A DNA stretch of 64,000 nucleotides from Candidatus Sericytochromatia bacterium (GCA_035285595.1 JAYKGV010000016.1:19947-83946); one strand, 5' to 3'; shown: positions 26,952 through 37,383, counted from the stretch's first letter. Notes: generated by a model not told the origin, from the letters alone. Numbers and translations are program-made.

Positions 26952-28219
26952 GTGCGGACATGGCCCGAGCCGCGTCCGAGGGTTTTGATCGTCGTCAGCT
27001 CCCGCAGTCCCATCGGCCCTCTCGCATGGAGCTTCTGGGTGGAGATGCCGACTTCGGCGCCGAAACCGTACTCGCCTCCGTCCGTGAAGCGGGTCGAGGC
27101 GTTGACGTAGACGGCAGCTGCGTCGACTTCGCGCAGGAACCGCTCCGCACGCCCTTGGTCACGGGTCACGAGGGCTTCGGTATGGCGGGTACCATGTCGC
27201 GCCACATGGGCAAGGGCCTCCTCGAGGTCTGACACGATACGTACGCCCAAGACGAGGGAGAGGTGTTCGGTGTCCCAGGTCGCGTCCGTCGCCGGTTCCA
27301 TCGGGATGCCGGCTTGCCGGGCCGATGCCAAGGCTTCTGGGCATCCCAATAGTTGGACCCCTGCTCGAGACAGGCTGGTCAACAGCCGAAGGGGCTCGGG
27401 GAAGGCTCTGGTCAGGAGCAGGGTTTCGGCGGCGTTGCAGACGCCGGGGCGCTGGGTCTTGGCGTTCAGGACGATGGCTTCCGCCATGGCGGGGTCTGCT
27501 GAGTCATCGACCACGACGTGGCAGACTCCGACCCCCGTCTCGAGCACCGGGACTCTGGCCTCGGCCACGACCCGACGGATCAGATCGGCACCGCCTCGGG
27601 GAATCAGGACGTCCACGAGCCCTGTCTGACGCATCAGGACCCCCGCAGCCTCGCGCTCCGGACGATCCACAAGGGCCACGAGGTCTTCCGGAAGGCCGAG
27701 GTGTCCCAGGGCTTTGCGGATGGCTGCGACGAGGGCCCGGTTGGTCCCGAGGGCGGAGCCGCTGCCCCGCAGCACCAGGGCATTCCCACTTTTCAGGCAC
27801 AGGGCCGCTGCATCGATCGTGACATTCGGGCGGGCCTCGTAGATGAAGCCCACGACGCCGAGCGGCACCCTGACCTGACAGAGCTGCAGGCCGTCGGGCC
27901 GGGTCCAGCCCCTGACGATCTCCCCGAGGGGGTCAGGGAGGGCCGCGATGTCTCGCACGGCAGCGGCCAGCGCCGCCAGTCTCCTGTCGTCCAGCAGCAG
28001 CCGATCCAGCAGGGCTGGTGCCATGAGCCCTTGCCGGCCATTCGAGACGTCTTCGGCGTTGGCGGCGAGGATTTCCGTCCGGACGTCTTCCCTTTCCAGG
28101 ATGTCGGCCAGGGTCAGCAGAAGGTCCCGGCGCAAGCTGCCGTCCGTCCGTGCCAGAATGGGAGCGACATCGGCCACCCGGCGACAGAGGTCACGGACTT
28201 CGCTCTCGAGGGCATTCAC
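26948..28219 (-). CDS. proA: Glutamate-5-semialdehyde dehydrogenase (gamma-glutamyl phosphate reductase)
   Basis: Aldehyde dehydrogenase fold with characteristic ProA segments (…LLLTLADILE…VIPRGG…GVCNAAETLL…). ATG overlaps the proB stop (ATGA). Confidence 0.9.
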   Translation of the reverse strand: MNALESEVRDLCRRVADVAPILARTDGSLRRDLLLTLADILEREDVRTEILAANAEDVSNGRQGLMAPALLDRLLLDDRRLAALAAAVRDIAALPDPLGEIVRGWTRPDGLQLCQVRVPLGVVGFIYEARPNVTIDAAALCLKSGNALVLRGSGSALGTNRALVAAIRKALGHLGLPEDLVALVDRPEREAAGVLMRQTGLVDVLIPRGGADLIRRVVAEARVPVLETGVGVCHVVVDDSADPAMAEAIVLNAKTQRPGVCNAAETLLLTRAFPEPLRLLTSLSRAGVQLLGCPEALASARQAGIPMEPATDATWDTEHLSLVLGVRIVSDLEEALAHVARHGTRHTEALVTRDQGRAERFLREVDAAAVYVNASTRFTDGGEYGFGAEVGISTQKLHARGPMGLRELTTIKTLGRGSGHVRT

Positions 28220-29332
28220 GAGGCATCTCCTTGCGTGTCGAAGAGCACCATGTCGTTGCGATGAATGGCTTCTTCGGCGGTCATGTGGCCGAGAATGCCC
28301 GCGATGTCCTCGGTCGGATGTCCGGCGATCCGGCGCATGTCCTCGTCGCCGTAGTTGACCAGGCCTTGTCCCAGCAATCTCCCGTCCGGGCCGGACAAGC
28401 GCACCACGTCACCGGCCGCAAAGCTGCCCTCGACCCGACGGATGCCGGCGGGAAGCAATGACTTGCCTCGACCCTGCAGGGCCGTCACCGCACCCTTGTC
28501 CAGATGCAAGGTGCCTCGTCGACCATCGGCCGAGGCCAGCCAGCGTCGGCGTGAGGCCTGCTTGCCTTCGGGAGCCAGGAAACGTGTGCCCGTGACCTCT
28601 TGCCCGGAAACAAGATCGAGAATGGCGCGCGGGGCCCGCCCGGGCAGCAAGGTCATGGGAATCCCGGCGGCGGTCGCAAGCCGGGCGGCCTGGATCTTGG
28701 TCGTCATTCCCCCGGTCCCCAGATCGCTGCCCGCGCCACCCGCCATCGCCTCGATCTCCGGGGTGATGCGAGGCACCACATCGAGGCGTCGAGCGCCAGG
28801 TGCCGCCGGATGCCTGTCATACAGCCCGTCGATGTCGGTCAGGATGATGAGATGATCGGCATCCACCAGACCCGCCACGTGGGCCGACAAGGTGTCGTTG
28901 TCGCCATACCTCAGCTCGTCGGTGGCAACGGAGTCATTTTCGTTGATGATCGGCACCACGGGCGGGTGAAACATCAACAGACGGGCCAACGTGCCCCGGG
29001 CGTTGAGATAGCGCTGACGATCCCCGAGGTCGGCTCTTGTCAGCAGCAGCTGGGCGGTCGCGAGGCCGAGCGGAGCCAGAAGGGTTTCGTAGGCGTGCAT
29101 GAGCAGGCCTTGTCCTACGGCTGCTGCCGCCTGCTTGGTGGCAAGATCCGCAGGCCGACCGAGACCCAGCCGCGCCCGGCCTGTCCCCACCGCACCGCTG
29201 GTCACGAGCACCACGCGGTGGTCTTGGCCGACGAGTTCGCCAATCACTGAGGCCAATGCAAGCAGGAAGCGACCGTCCGGACCACTTTCCCGCGTGATCG
29301 TGCGGGTGCCGATCTTGACGACCAGAATCACG
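28216..29332 (-). CDS. proB: Glutamate 5-kinase
   Basis: VILVVKIGTRTITRESGPD...VVLVTSGAVGTGR...IINENDSVATDELRYGDNDTLSAHVA plus a C-terminal PUA domain. GTG start chosen just downstream of the obg stop. Confidence 0.9.
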
Positions 29333-29341
29333 GTCGGATGC

Positions 29342-30616
29342 TCAATCCACCCAAGTGAAAGCCAAGTCGGCCACATGCACGGTATCGCCATCCTTGGCGC
29401 CTAGCTCGCGCAACGCGTCGTAGATGCCGCTGCCTTTCAGGCCACGTTCGAAACGGTGGATGGCTTCCGGACTTTCAGGATCCCAGTGCGCGAGCAGGCG
29501 ATCCACCGTGGGGCCCGTGACCTCGAAGCCTTCCGGGATTCTGCGTGCGGTGAACGGCGCCTCCGGGGGGGGCTCGGGGAGTTCTTCCGGCAGGAAACGA
29601 GCCGGCTGGGGCAGCGTGGGCAGCGTGCGGCGCAAGTGATCGAGCAGGGGCTGAAGGCCTTGTCGGGTCGCAGCCGCTCCGGCAATCACCGTCACGCCTT
29701 GACCTTCCAGCACCTCTCGCACCCGGGCTTCGTTGGCCCGAGCCTCGGGCAGGTCGCACTTGTTGAGGAAGGCCACACGCGGACGGGCCGCCAACTCGGG
29801 GCTGTAGGCCCCCAGTTCGTGTTCGATGGTGGACCAGTCGGTCAGCGGGTCCCTTCCTTCGAGGCCTCCGGACAAGTCGAGGACGTGAATGAGCAGCCGT
29901 GTGCGTTCGACGTGGCGCAAAAAGGCATGTCCTAATCCCGCACCTTCATGCGCTCCCTCGATCAGGCCAGGGATGTCGGCCAGGATCATGGTGCCCCCAT
30001 CTTCGAAGCGGACCACGCCCAGCTGGGGTTGCAAGGTCGTGAAAGGGTAGTCGGCGATTTTGGGACGGGCGGCGGAGACCGCACTGATGAGCGTGCTCTT
30101 GCCTGCATTGGGGAGGCCTACCAGACCGACGTCCGCAAGCAGCTTGAGCTCCAGGGTCAGCTCACGGACGACGGGTGCGCCGCCAGGTTCGGAGTGGGTG
30201 GGGGCTCGATGGACCGGCGTCGCAAAGGCGGCGTTGCCTCGCCCCCCACGTCCGCCCTGAGCGGCCACCCAGCGATCGCCGGGATCGGCAAGATCGACCA
30301 TGACCCGGCCGCTGGCGGCGTCCCGGATGACGGTACCACAGGGAACCTTGACCACGCGGTCCGCTCCCGAGCGGCCCGTGCGGTTCTTCTGGCCACCGGG
30401 CTGACCATCCTCCGCCTCATAGTTGCGTCGAAGCTGGAAATCCAGCAGGGTCTGCAGATCCAGAGTCGCCTCGAAGACCACATCCCCACCCTTTCCGCCA
30501 TCCCCGCCCCAAGGGCCGCCATGTTCGACGTACTTCTCCTGCCGGAACCCCACGCATCCCGCCCCGCCTCGGCCGCTGGAGACCTTGACGAGGGCCTTGT
30601 CGACAAAAAGGCTCAT
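29342..30616 (-). CDS. obg: GTPase Obg/CgtA
   Basis: MSLFVDKALVKVSSGRGGAGCVGFRQEKYVEHGGPWGGDGGKGGDVVF is the Obg fold with its glycine-rich N-domain. G1 motif GLPNAGKST, G3 DIPGLIEGA, and a C-terminal OCT domain. Confidence 0.95.
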   Translation of the reverse strand: MSLFVDKALVKVSSGRGGAGCVGFRQEKYVEHGGPWGGDGGKGGDVVFEATLDLQTLLDFQLRRNYEAEDGQPGGQKNRTGRSGADRVVKVPCGTVIRDAASGRVMVDLADPGDRWVAAQGGRGGRGNAAFATPVHRAPTHSEPGGAPVVRELTLELKLLADVGLVGLPNAGKSTLISAVSAARPKIADYPFTTLQPQLGVVRFEDGGTMILADIPGLIEGAHEGAGLGHAFLRHVERTRLLIHVLDLSGGLEGRDPLTDWSTIEHELGAYSPELAARPRVAFLNKCDLPEARANEARVREVLEGQGVTVIAGAAATRQGLQPLLDHLRRTLPTLPQPARFLPEELPEPPPEAPFTARRIPEGFEVTGPTVDRLLAHWDPESPEAIHRFERGLKGSGIYDALRELGAKDGDTVHVADLAFTWVD

Positions 30617-31134
30617 GCGTCAGCGGCGCGCCCTTGGCGCATGGAGCCCAAGACCAGCATCACGATGCCGATGTTGATGCCGATGTCGGCGATGTTGTAG
30701 ATGGGGAACCAATTCTGGCCGTGCACGACCTGGATGAAGCCCCAGCTGATGTCGGGCCCGGGCCAACGCATATCGAACATGTCTGTGACCCCCGCGAACC
30801 GGATACGGTCCACGTAGTTGCCCACTGAGCCGCCCAGGAGCAGGCCGAGCCCGACCGCTTGCCACCATCTCGGAGCCGCGAGGCTGCGCTCGTGTGCCAT
30901 GATGAACACCACGACCACGCCTGCCACCAGTGCCAGGAACCCGACGTTCCCGGCCAGGATACTCCACGCTCCCCCTGTGTTCTTGACATGCGTCAAGGCC
31001 ATCCAGTTCTCCTTGATGAACGGAATGGAATAGGGCAGACCCTCGCTGGGCTGGCCGACCACGGCCAGGTGCTTTTCTGTCCATGCCTTGACAGCCATGT
31101 CGAAGCCGAGCCACGCCACGAAGACGGCGTACAT
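30613..31134 (-). CDS. lspA: Lipoprotein signal peptidase (signal peptidase II)
   Basis: WSILAGNVGFLAL...FPIYNIADIGINIGIVMLVL contains the conserved Asn-x-Ala-Asp catalytic box. Start set at MYAVFVAWLG rather than the long upstream ORF extension. The stop overlaps the obg start (ATGA). Confidence 0.85.
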   Translation of the reverse strand: MYAVFVAWLGFDMAVKAWTEKHLAVVGQPSEGLPYSIPFIKENWMALTHVKNTGGAWSILAGNVGFLALVAGVVVVFIMAHERSLAAPRWWQAVGLGLLLGGSVGNYVDRIRFAGVTDMFDMRWPGPDISWGFIQVVHGQNWFPIYNIADIGINIGIVMLVLGSMRQGRAADA

Positions 31135-31339
31135 CAAATGGCTGGCGAGCGGTGTGCGGTTGTCCACGGTTCCCAAGCTAGCACGCGCGACCCCTGAGGG
31201 CCAACGGCTCCCCGATTGCTGTTGAAGACTGGTGAAGCGCGGCACAAGGGCTTGATAGGCGGCCATCAAGACGGGGTAAGCCTAAAGGGGCGTCCATGCC
31301 TTTCTCCTGCCATCCCTTCGCGAAATCGAGGTCCCCGAC

Positions 31340-32056
31340 GTGTCCGCCAAGATCCTCGTGGTCGACGACGAACCCAGCATCGTCAAGTCCATCCAGTTCT
31401 CCTTGGAGAAGGAAGGCTACACCGTGGTCACCGCCACCGACGGAGCGCAGGCCGTCGAGGTCGCCCGCCGCGAGAAGCCGTCGTTGATTGTCCTCGACTT
31501 GATGCTGCCTACCCTCGATGGCTATGAGGTTTGTCGTCAGGTACGGCAGGAGATGCCTTGCCCCATCATCATGCTGACGGCCAAGGGTGAAGAGATCGAC
31601 CGCGTGGTCGGCTTGGAGGTCGGGGCGGACGAATACGTCACCAAGCCTTTCTCGCTACGTGAATTGCTGGCCAGAGTCAAGGCCCTGCTTCGCTTGGTGG
31701 CTCGTTTCCAGGAAGCCCGGGTGGCGACGCCGGACAAGATCGAGTTCGGGGACTTGTGCATCGACCTCACGCGGCACGAGGTCACGATGTCGGGCAAGGT
31801 GCTCTCCTTGACGCTTAAGGAGTATGAGCTGCTCAAGCTCATGGCGCTCAATGCGAACAAGGTTCTTTCGCGAGAGTATCTCATCACGCAGGTGTGGGGA
31901 TACGACTTCACGGGCGAAGGCCGGACGGTCGACGTTCACGTGCACTGGCTGCGCGAAAAGATCGAGCGTGATCCCAATAACCCGGTCCGGATCCAGACCG
32001 TGCGAGGTGTCGGCTATCGGTTCGAACGTCGGGTGCGTGCCGGCAGCGAGGCGTGA
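31340..32056 (+). CDS. OmpR/PhoB-family response regulator
   Basis: Receiver domain (KILVVDDEPSIVKSI...LIVLDLMLPTLDGYEV...IIMLTAKGEE) plus winged-helix trans_reg_C domain (VLSREYLITQVWGYDF...TVDVHVHWLREKIE). GTG start. Confidence 0.9.
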   Translation: MSAKILVVDDEPSIVKSIQFSLEKEGYTVVTATDGAQAVEVARREKPSLIVLDLMLPTLDGYEVCRQVRQEMPCPIIMLTAKGEEIDRVVGLEVGADEYVTKPFSLRELLARVKALLRLVARFQEARVATPDKIEFGDLCIDLTRHEVTMSGKVLSLTLKEYELLKLMALNANKVLSREYLITQVWGYDFTGEGRTVDVHVHWLREKIERDPNNPVRIQTVRGVGYRFERRVRAGSEA

Positions 32057-33444
32057 GCCCGGTTCTCCTGTTCGTCGGCATCTGGGCCGCTTTGGCCACG
32101 GTGCTTCTGGTCCTGCAGGCACGAAAACTCGGCAGGATGCACGCGGATCGAGCCACGGCGATCGCCTTGTTGGAGCAACTTGGCGATCGCGCCCTTGCCC
32201 ACGCGTGGGATCCTGGTGCCGAGGTCGTCGTTCCCCCTGATTTTCGGCCGGCCGTCGAGACCGTGCGGCGCCTCGGGGATCAAGTTCATGCCTTCCACTT
32301 GCTTAATGTCGAGCAACTGATTGTGGACCGGGCCGAGCTTCAAGCCGTGCTGTTCTCGATGTCGGAGGGCCTTGTCATCTACGACATGGAGCTGACGCCG
32401 GTGCTGACCAATCCGGCCCTTCGGCAGATGGCCCAGCCAGGGATCCACAGGACGATGTTTCTCGAGCCCCACACTATGTTCCACGCCCGATGGGAGGACC
32501 CGGAACAGTTCGAGGGCATCGAGTCGGCGATGCGGCTCGAGCCCACGCTTCCCCGGACGGACATCCTGGCCCTGAAAGAGCCGCGGCAGTGGCTCAAGCG
32601 GTATTCGTCTCCGCTCTTCAATGCCAAGGCCCAGCAGATCGGTCATGTGGTCATCTACCACGATGTCACGGCGGAGCGCCAAGCCGACCAGATGAAGTCC
32701 GAGTTCATCACCAACGCTTCTCACGAATTGCGTACGCCGGTCACCAGCATGAAGCTGTTGCTGGAGAGTGCGGTGGATGTGCTGGACGGGGTGCAATGGC
32801 CAGAAGGAGGGGCTCGTCCCGCTGATCTGGACATGCTGGAGGGATTCCTGCGGGACGCCGTGGCCGAAGGGGACCGGATGCATGTGCTCGTCAATGACTT
32901 GTTGGACGTTTCCAAGTTGTCCTCACAGCGTGCGGATCTCAACCTCCAGCAGGTCGAGGCCTTGCGTGTGATCGAAGAGGCGGCCGCGACGGTGATGCCG
33001 CAGGTGCGTCAGCGGGACCAGCAACTCTCTCTCGACTTGCCCGGCTCGGCACTTCTGGTGGTGGACCGGGTCAGACTGCGCCAAGTGCTGGTCAATCTGT
33101 TAGGAAACGCCGTGAAGTATACCCCGATGGGGGGCGAGATACTGCTGACCCTTGCTCATGGCCCCGAGGGTTGGTTTTTCACCGTCGAAGATAGCGGGAT
33201 CGGCATTCCAGAAGAGGATTTGCCCCACGTGTTCGATCGCTTCTATCGGGTCGGTCGGGACAGGACCCGTGCGGGAGGGCCGGGGGGCTCGGGACTCGGT
33301 CTGTCCATCGTCAAGGCGGCCGTTGAAGCCCACGGGGGCAGGATTCGGGCGGAACGGCGTGAAGAGGGCGGCACGAGGATGCAGTTTCTGCTTCCCGATC
33401 ACCCATCGTCCGTGTCGCCTCTGTCCGGAACATCGAGCCTGTAG
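32053..33444 (+). CDS. Sensor histidine kinase (HisKA + HATPase_c), cognate to upstream regulator
   Basis: H-box TNASHELRTPVTSMKLL, N-box VLVNLLGNAVKYTP, G-boxes EDSGIGIPEEDLPHVFDRFYRV and GGSGLGLSIVKAAVEAHGG. N-terminal TM. GTGA overlap with the regulator gene. Confidence 0.85.
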   Translation: MSPVLLFVGIWAALATVLLVLQARKLGRMHADRATAIALLEQLGDRALAHAWDPGAEVVVPPDFRPAVETVRRLGDQVHAFHLLNVEQLIVDRAELQAVLFSMSEGLVIYDMELTPVLTNPALRQMAQPGIHRTMFLEPHTMFHARWEDPEQFEGIESAMRLEPTLPRTDILALKEPRQWLKRYSSPLFNAKAQQIGHVVIYHDVTAERQADQMKSEFITNASHELRTPVTSMKLLLESAVDVLDGVQWPEGGARPADLDMLEGFLRDAVAEGDRMHVLVNDLLDVSKLSSQRADLNLQQVEALRVIEEAAATVMPQVRQRDQQLSLDLPGSALLVVDRVRLRQVLVNLLGNAVKYTPMGGEILLTLAHGPEGWFFTVEDSGIGIPEEDLPHVFDRFYRVGRDRTRAGGPGGSGLGLSIVKAAVEAHGGRIRAERREEGGTRMQFLLPDHPSSVSPLSGTSSL

Positions 33445-34121
33445 CCGAGGCCGTGCACGGTATGCAGGTACAGGGGGGAAAGTGGCTCGGGCTCGATCCA
33501 CTGCCGAAGTTTCACCACGTAGTTGTCGATGGTCCGGGTGTTTCGGACGGCCTCGCGCCCCCAGACCTCGTCCATGAGTAGCTCCCGGCTGACGACCGAC
33601 CCCCGGTGCCGCCACAGGCATTTCAGCAGCTCGAGGGCCCTCGCGGGTACGGGCTGTCGCTGGCCATCGCGCTGCAGTTCCATCCGGTCGAAGTCGATGA
33701 GGGCAGAACCGAGTCGGAACGGGCCTTGAAGTGGAACCGTGGGCAGTGGTCCTTGCGTGCGTCGCAGGACCGCCTGGATACGCCCCAGGAGCTCGAGCGG
33801 GCTGAAAGGCTTGACGACGTAGTCGTCCGCTTCATAGGTGAATCCGGCTACCCTATCGGCCTCCTGGCCCTTGGCCGTTACCATGATGACGGGCAACCCC
33901 GGAAGTCGTGCCCGAATCCCGCGCAGGACCTCGAAGCCGTTCATACCGGGTAGCATCACGTCCAACAGGACGAGGTCCGGCGGTGCCCCCGGGGCTGTCG
34001 CACAGGAAAGTCCCTCGGGGCCGGTGGTCGCGGCCACGACCCTGTGGCCCTGGCCCTCAAGCAGCTCAATCAAGCCCTGACGGATGGCCCACTCATCCTC
34101 CACGACGACGATGGTCGCCAT
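33399..34121 (-). CDS. OmpR/PhoB-family response regulator (second, convergent pair)
   Basis: MATIVVVEDEWAIRQGLIELL...DLVLLDVMLPGMNGFEV...VIMVTAKGQEADRV is the receiver domain; the C-terminal winged helix ends ...TVHGLGYRL. The 3' end overlaps the other kinase gene by 46 nt. Confidence 0.9.
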   Translation of the reverse strand: MATIVVVEDEWAIRQGLIELLEGQGHRVVAATTGPEGLSCATAPGAPPDLVLLDVMLPGMNGFEVLRGIRARLPGLPVIMVTAKGQEADRVAGFTYEADDYVVKPFSPLELLGRIQAVLRRTQGPLPTVPLQGPFRLGSALIDFDRMELQRDGQRQPVPARALELLKCLWRHRGSVVSRELLMDEVWGREAVRNTRTIDNYVVKLRQWIEPEPLSPLYLHTVHGLGYRLDVPDRGDTDDG

Positions 34122-34122
34122 G

Positions 34123-36069
34123 TCACGCGGCTCCTTCCAGGGGGGGCCAGAGGGGCCAGAGAACCACAAACCGACAGCCTCCCCCCGCGGGCTGCTCCAG
34201 GGTCACGGTGGCGTCGTGTGCGGCCGTGAATTCACGCACCAGTGCCAGCCCGAGGCCGCTGCCTCCTGGCCCATCAGGCGCAACGGCGCGGTAAAAGGGT
34301 TCGAAGACCTTCTTGCGATGCTCAGGGGCAATGCCCGGGCCCTGGTCCTCGATTTCGAGGCGAAGTTGACGAGGAGGGGCACCTACGGGTTGCAGCCGCA
34401 CGGTCACGAGGCGACCGCTGTCCGAGTAGGCGATGGCGTTGCCCAGCAGATTGAGCAAAACTTGCAGGAAGGCGTCACGGTCCGCCCGTAGGGGCGGAAG
34501 CTCCTCCGATGAGGGCTCGAGAACGAGTCGGAAGCCCTTTTCGTCCGCCGCAGGTTGCACGATGGCCAACGCATCCCGGACGGTGACGATGGCCTCGACC
34601 TTCTGAAAGTTGTAGGTTTTGGTACCGCGCTGGATGCGGGCGAAGTCGAGGACCCGGTCGATGAGGCGGCCCAGGCGTTCGCTCTCCAGAATGACGGTGC
34701 GGGCGGCACCGGCGGGATCCCGAGCCAGTCCGGAGGCGAGCAACTCCGCATAGATGCGGATGGCGGTCAGGGGGGTCTTGAGTTCGTGGGAGACACCGGC
34801 CACGAACGAAGCCTGCATTCTCGCGAAGGCCACTTCGCGTCCCAAGGCGCGGGCTATGGCCAGAGTCGCCGCAAGGACCGTGAGGATCAGCACCGCAAGC
34901 AGGGACCAGCTTCGGCGTTGTTGCGTTGCCAGGCGTTCATCCAGCAGGCCAGGAGGCCAGCGTACCGTGACCGAAAGAAAGTCCAGCGGCGCCTGCAGGG
35001 GTGCCGCGGCTAGGTCTGCCTCCGTGAGATCTCCCCAGATCAGATCGGGAACAGCCCTCGGATCCAAGCGCAAACGACGCACGCCATCCCTTGCGAGGTC
35101 TTTTCGCACGCCCTCCACATCCACTTGGAATCCGCCGTAACCTACCTCGGCCCGCCCGACCAGTCCGAACAATCGACGGGAGGCACCTTGGCCGATGACG
35201 ACCCAGGCCGGCGTGCGGAATTCCCGCTCCCGGATGGCGGGCCAAAGCTGATCGGCCACCATGCCTTGTCCGGTCGCCGCATGGGCACGGCTATCGCTGG
35301 TCCTGGCCATGCGCTCCAGATAGTCGAGATAGGCCGAGGCTTCATCTGGTCCCACGGCCGCCTCGATCCGGGGTACGAGGCGACTGCCCGCTCGGGTGTC
35401 GCCCGTCAAACGCACCAGTCGGAGGTCGGCCATCAGGCCATAGGGGATGCCGTCCTCGGATTTGTCCGTGCCTGCCAAGCGCGCCACTGCTCGATAGAGG
35501 GCGATGGCTTCCGCGGTTCGTCCCCCGCGTTCCGCCAGCCGGCCCATTCCGAAGGCTGCCTTGGCCCGGATGCCCGGATTCGCCGACAGCAACAGAACAC
35601 GTCGGTAGGCAGCTTCGGCGGACGCCACGTCCCGGCGGGCGAACTCGGCTGACAGGCCTTCCTGGAGGGCTTGGGCGACCTGTTCTGGAGTCGTCTGGGC
35701 CAGAGGGAGAGGCAGATCCGCCATTTTTCCAGGTGGTGCCAACGGTTGGGTTCCACCGAGTCGATATTCTCGATCGATCCAGAAGGGCTGGGTGATCCAG
35801 GGTCGTTCCTCGGCAAGATAAGGCCTGCCACGGCCTTGGCGTCCAAGGGGAGGCGAGAGCCGGGAGAGCCGGCGCCCCAGCTGGTCTCCGAGGTCGGCGG
35901 CCAAGGCCGATGCCTGACTCTGGCGGGCTTCGGCCATCGAGCGGATGAGCAAAGTGCGTTCCCGTTCCAGCTCGCGGATTTCCGCCATGACGAGAAGAAT
36001 CGTTGGCAACCCCACGAGCAGGGCAAGCAGTCCGAGGACCTTCCCGGATGGCTTGGCAAGCTGTCTCAA
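34123..36069 (-). CDS. Sensor histidine kinase with large periplasmic TPR-like sensor domain
   Basis: Signal/TM start MRQLAKPSGKVLGLLALLVGLPTILLV, a ~350-aa extracytoplasmic region, then a second TM. H-box VAGVSHELKTPLTAIRIY, N-box VLLNLLGNAIAYS, G-boxes DQGPGIAPEHRKKVFEPFYR and GGSGLGLALVRE. Confidence 0.85.
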   Translation of the reverse strand: MRQLAKPSGKVLGLLALLVGLPTILLVMAEIRELERERTLLIRSMAEARQSQASALAADLGDQLGRRLSRLSPPLGRQGRGRPYLAEERPWITQPFWIDREYRLGGTQPLAPPGKMADLPLPLAQTTPEQVAQALQEGLSAEFARRDVASAEAAYRRVLLLSANPGIRAKAAFGMGRLAERGGRTAEAIALYRAVARLAGTDKSEDGIPYGLMADLRLVRLTGDTRAGSRLVPRIEAAVGPDEASAYLDYLERMARTSDSRAHAATGQGMVADQLWPAIREREFRTPAWVVIGQGASRRLFGLVGRAEVGYGGFQVDVEGVRKDLARDGVRRLRLDPRAVPDLIWGDLTEADLAAAPLQAPLDFLSVTVRWPPGLLDERLATQQRRSWSLLAVLILTVLAATLAIARALGREVAFARMQASFVAGVSHELKTPLTAIRIYAELLASGLARDPAGAARTVILESERLGRLIDRVLDFARIQRGTKTYNFQKVEAIVTVRDALAIVQPAADEKGFRLVLEPSSEELPPLRADRDAFLQVLLNLLGNAIAYSDSGRLVTVRLQPVGAPPRQLRLEIEDQGPGIAPEHRKKVFEPFYRAVAPDGPGGSGLGLALVREFTAAHDATVTLEQPAGGGCRFVVLWPLWPPLEGAA

Positions 36070-37364
36070 GGCAAACCAGCCGTTCCGAGGCCCTTTTGGG
36101 CCAGAACCTTGAGCGGATTGCCCGAAGCATCGCGGCCGTCGGGGAAGAACTCGAGGAGTTGCTGCCAGGCCTGACGGGCTCCTGCAACGTCTCCTCGTGC
36201 CTCCCGCCGCCGCGCAAGCAAGGCGAGCGCTCGACCGCCCGCGCGTGTGCCATCCGGCCAGAGGTCATTGCGGCGATCGTCGGTCAGGATGTCTTCCAGA
36301 AGGCGTTCCCCATCTTCAAGAACGCTCGCGGCTCCTGTCAGCGCGCGGCCATCCAGGTTGCTGCGAGGATGTTCGCGCGCCAACTCCCGCAATGCGATCG
36401 CAGCCTCTTGTCGATCCTTGCCGTCGAGCCGGCTTTCCAACAGGGTCAGCCTGCGGGCCGCCCGTCGCCAAGTCTCGGCCGACAGGCCGCCGGCCATCGA
36501 ACGTGCCAGGCTCTCCAGGTCGAGACGGAGAGTGCCAGCCGACAATTCCGCATCGGCCAGTGCCTGCTGCAAAAGCTGGGTCGCGGCATCCGACCGGCCC
36601 AGCTCCCAAAGGCGCTGGCCTTGCTGCTTCCATAACTTGGCTCTGGTGGTGGCCGGCAGCCCACCGAGGCCCGGGGTTCTCGCTTCCAAAGCACGGAAGG
36701 CCTGGAGTCCTTCGTCCGCCGTGCATCGGGTGCCAAGCTCCAGGACAAGCTCTGCCATCGTGCCCGGTGGCATGGTCTCTCCGAATGCCACCACGAGTGC
36801 CAACTGCACCGAGGTCGCCCTGCGTGCCTGTCCGGCCTTGAGCAAGCGTCGACCGGCGGCATTCAGCCGTCGAGCGGCCTCCTGTCGTGCGAAAAGATCC
36901 ACCTGGGTCCGGAACGCGATTCGATCCTCCTCGGGTAGCAGGGCTTCCCAGCCTTGTCCCGGCCGCGTGGGTGACAAACCCCGCAGGTCCCCACCGAAAT
37001 CTTCGGAAGTACCGAGTCCCCCGGTCCGGACCCAGCCCGTCGCGGCCCGCAGGTGGGCGGAGCGTTCGTTTAATGCGGTGCGATAGGCGGCCCTCGCCGC
37101 CTCCTCCTGTCCGAGGACGGCGTAGTGGTCGCCCAGGTCCGCAGCGGCATCGGCCAGAACCTGTCCTGTGGCTTCCGGGATAAGGACTTCCAATCGGGAA
37201 ATGGCTCCCGGGAGATCGCCTTCGGCCACGGCCAGCAGCCGTGCTTCCGCAAGCTGACGCATCGGATGGTTCGGCTGCGGCTTTCCGACGGCCGGCAGAC
37301 CCGCCAGCAAAACGAGCCCGATCAGCCACCAAGGTAAATGGCTGCGCGGCGGAGTAAGGCTCAC
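36066..37364 (-). CDS. Secreted/periplasmic TPR-like protein (432 aa), hypothetical; co-transcribed upstream of the two-component system
   Basis: N-terminal signal peptide (LPWWLIGLVLLAGLPAVG), Ala/Leu/Arg-rich helical repeats. The stop overlaps the kinase start (ATGA). Confidence 0.55.
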   Translation of the reverse strand: MSLTPPRSHLPWWLIGLVLLAGLPAVGKPQPNHPMRQLAEARLLAVAEGDLPGAISRLEVLIPEATGQVLADAAADLGDHYAVLGQEEAARAAYRTALNERSAHLRAATGWVRTGGLGTSEDFGGDLRGLSPTRPGQGWEALLPEEDRIAFRTQVDLFARQEAARRLNAAGRRLLKAGQARRATSVQLALVVAFGETMPPGTMAELVLELGTRCTADEGLQAFRALEARTPGLGGLPATTRAKLWKQQGQRLWELGRSDAATQLLQQALADAELSAGTLRLDLESLARSMAGGLSAETWRRAARRLTLLESRLDGKDRQEAAIALRELAREHPRSNLDGRALTGAASVLEDGERLLEDILTDDRRNDLWPDGTRAGGRALALLARRREARGDVAGARQAWQQLLEFFPDGRDASGNPLKVLAQKGLGTAGLP

Positions 37365-37383
37365 CGCCTCTCCATGCCCCGCC

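Noticed and set aside
31135-31339. Sigma70-like -35/-10 hexamers (TTGAAG, TTGATA) in the lspA / response-regulator divergent region
   Set aside because: Spacings to any plausible -10 element were wrong (not 16-18 bp), so no promoter is called.
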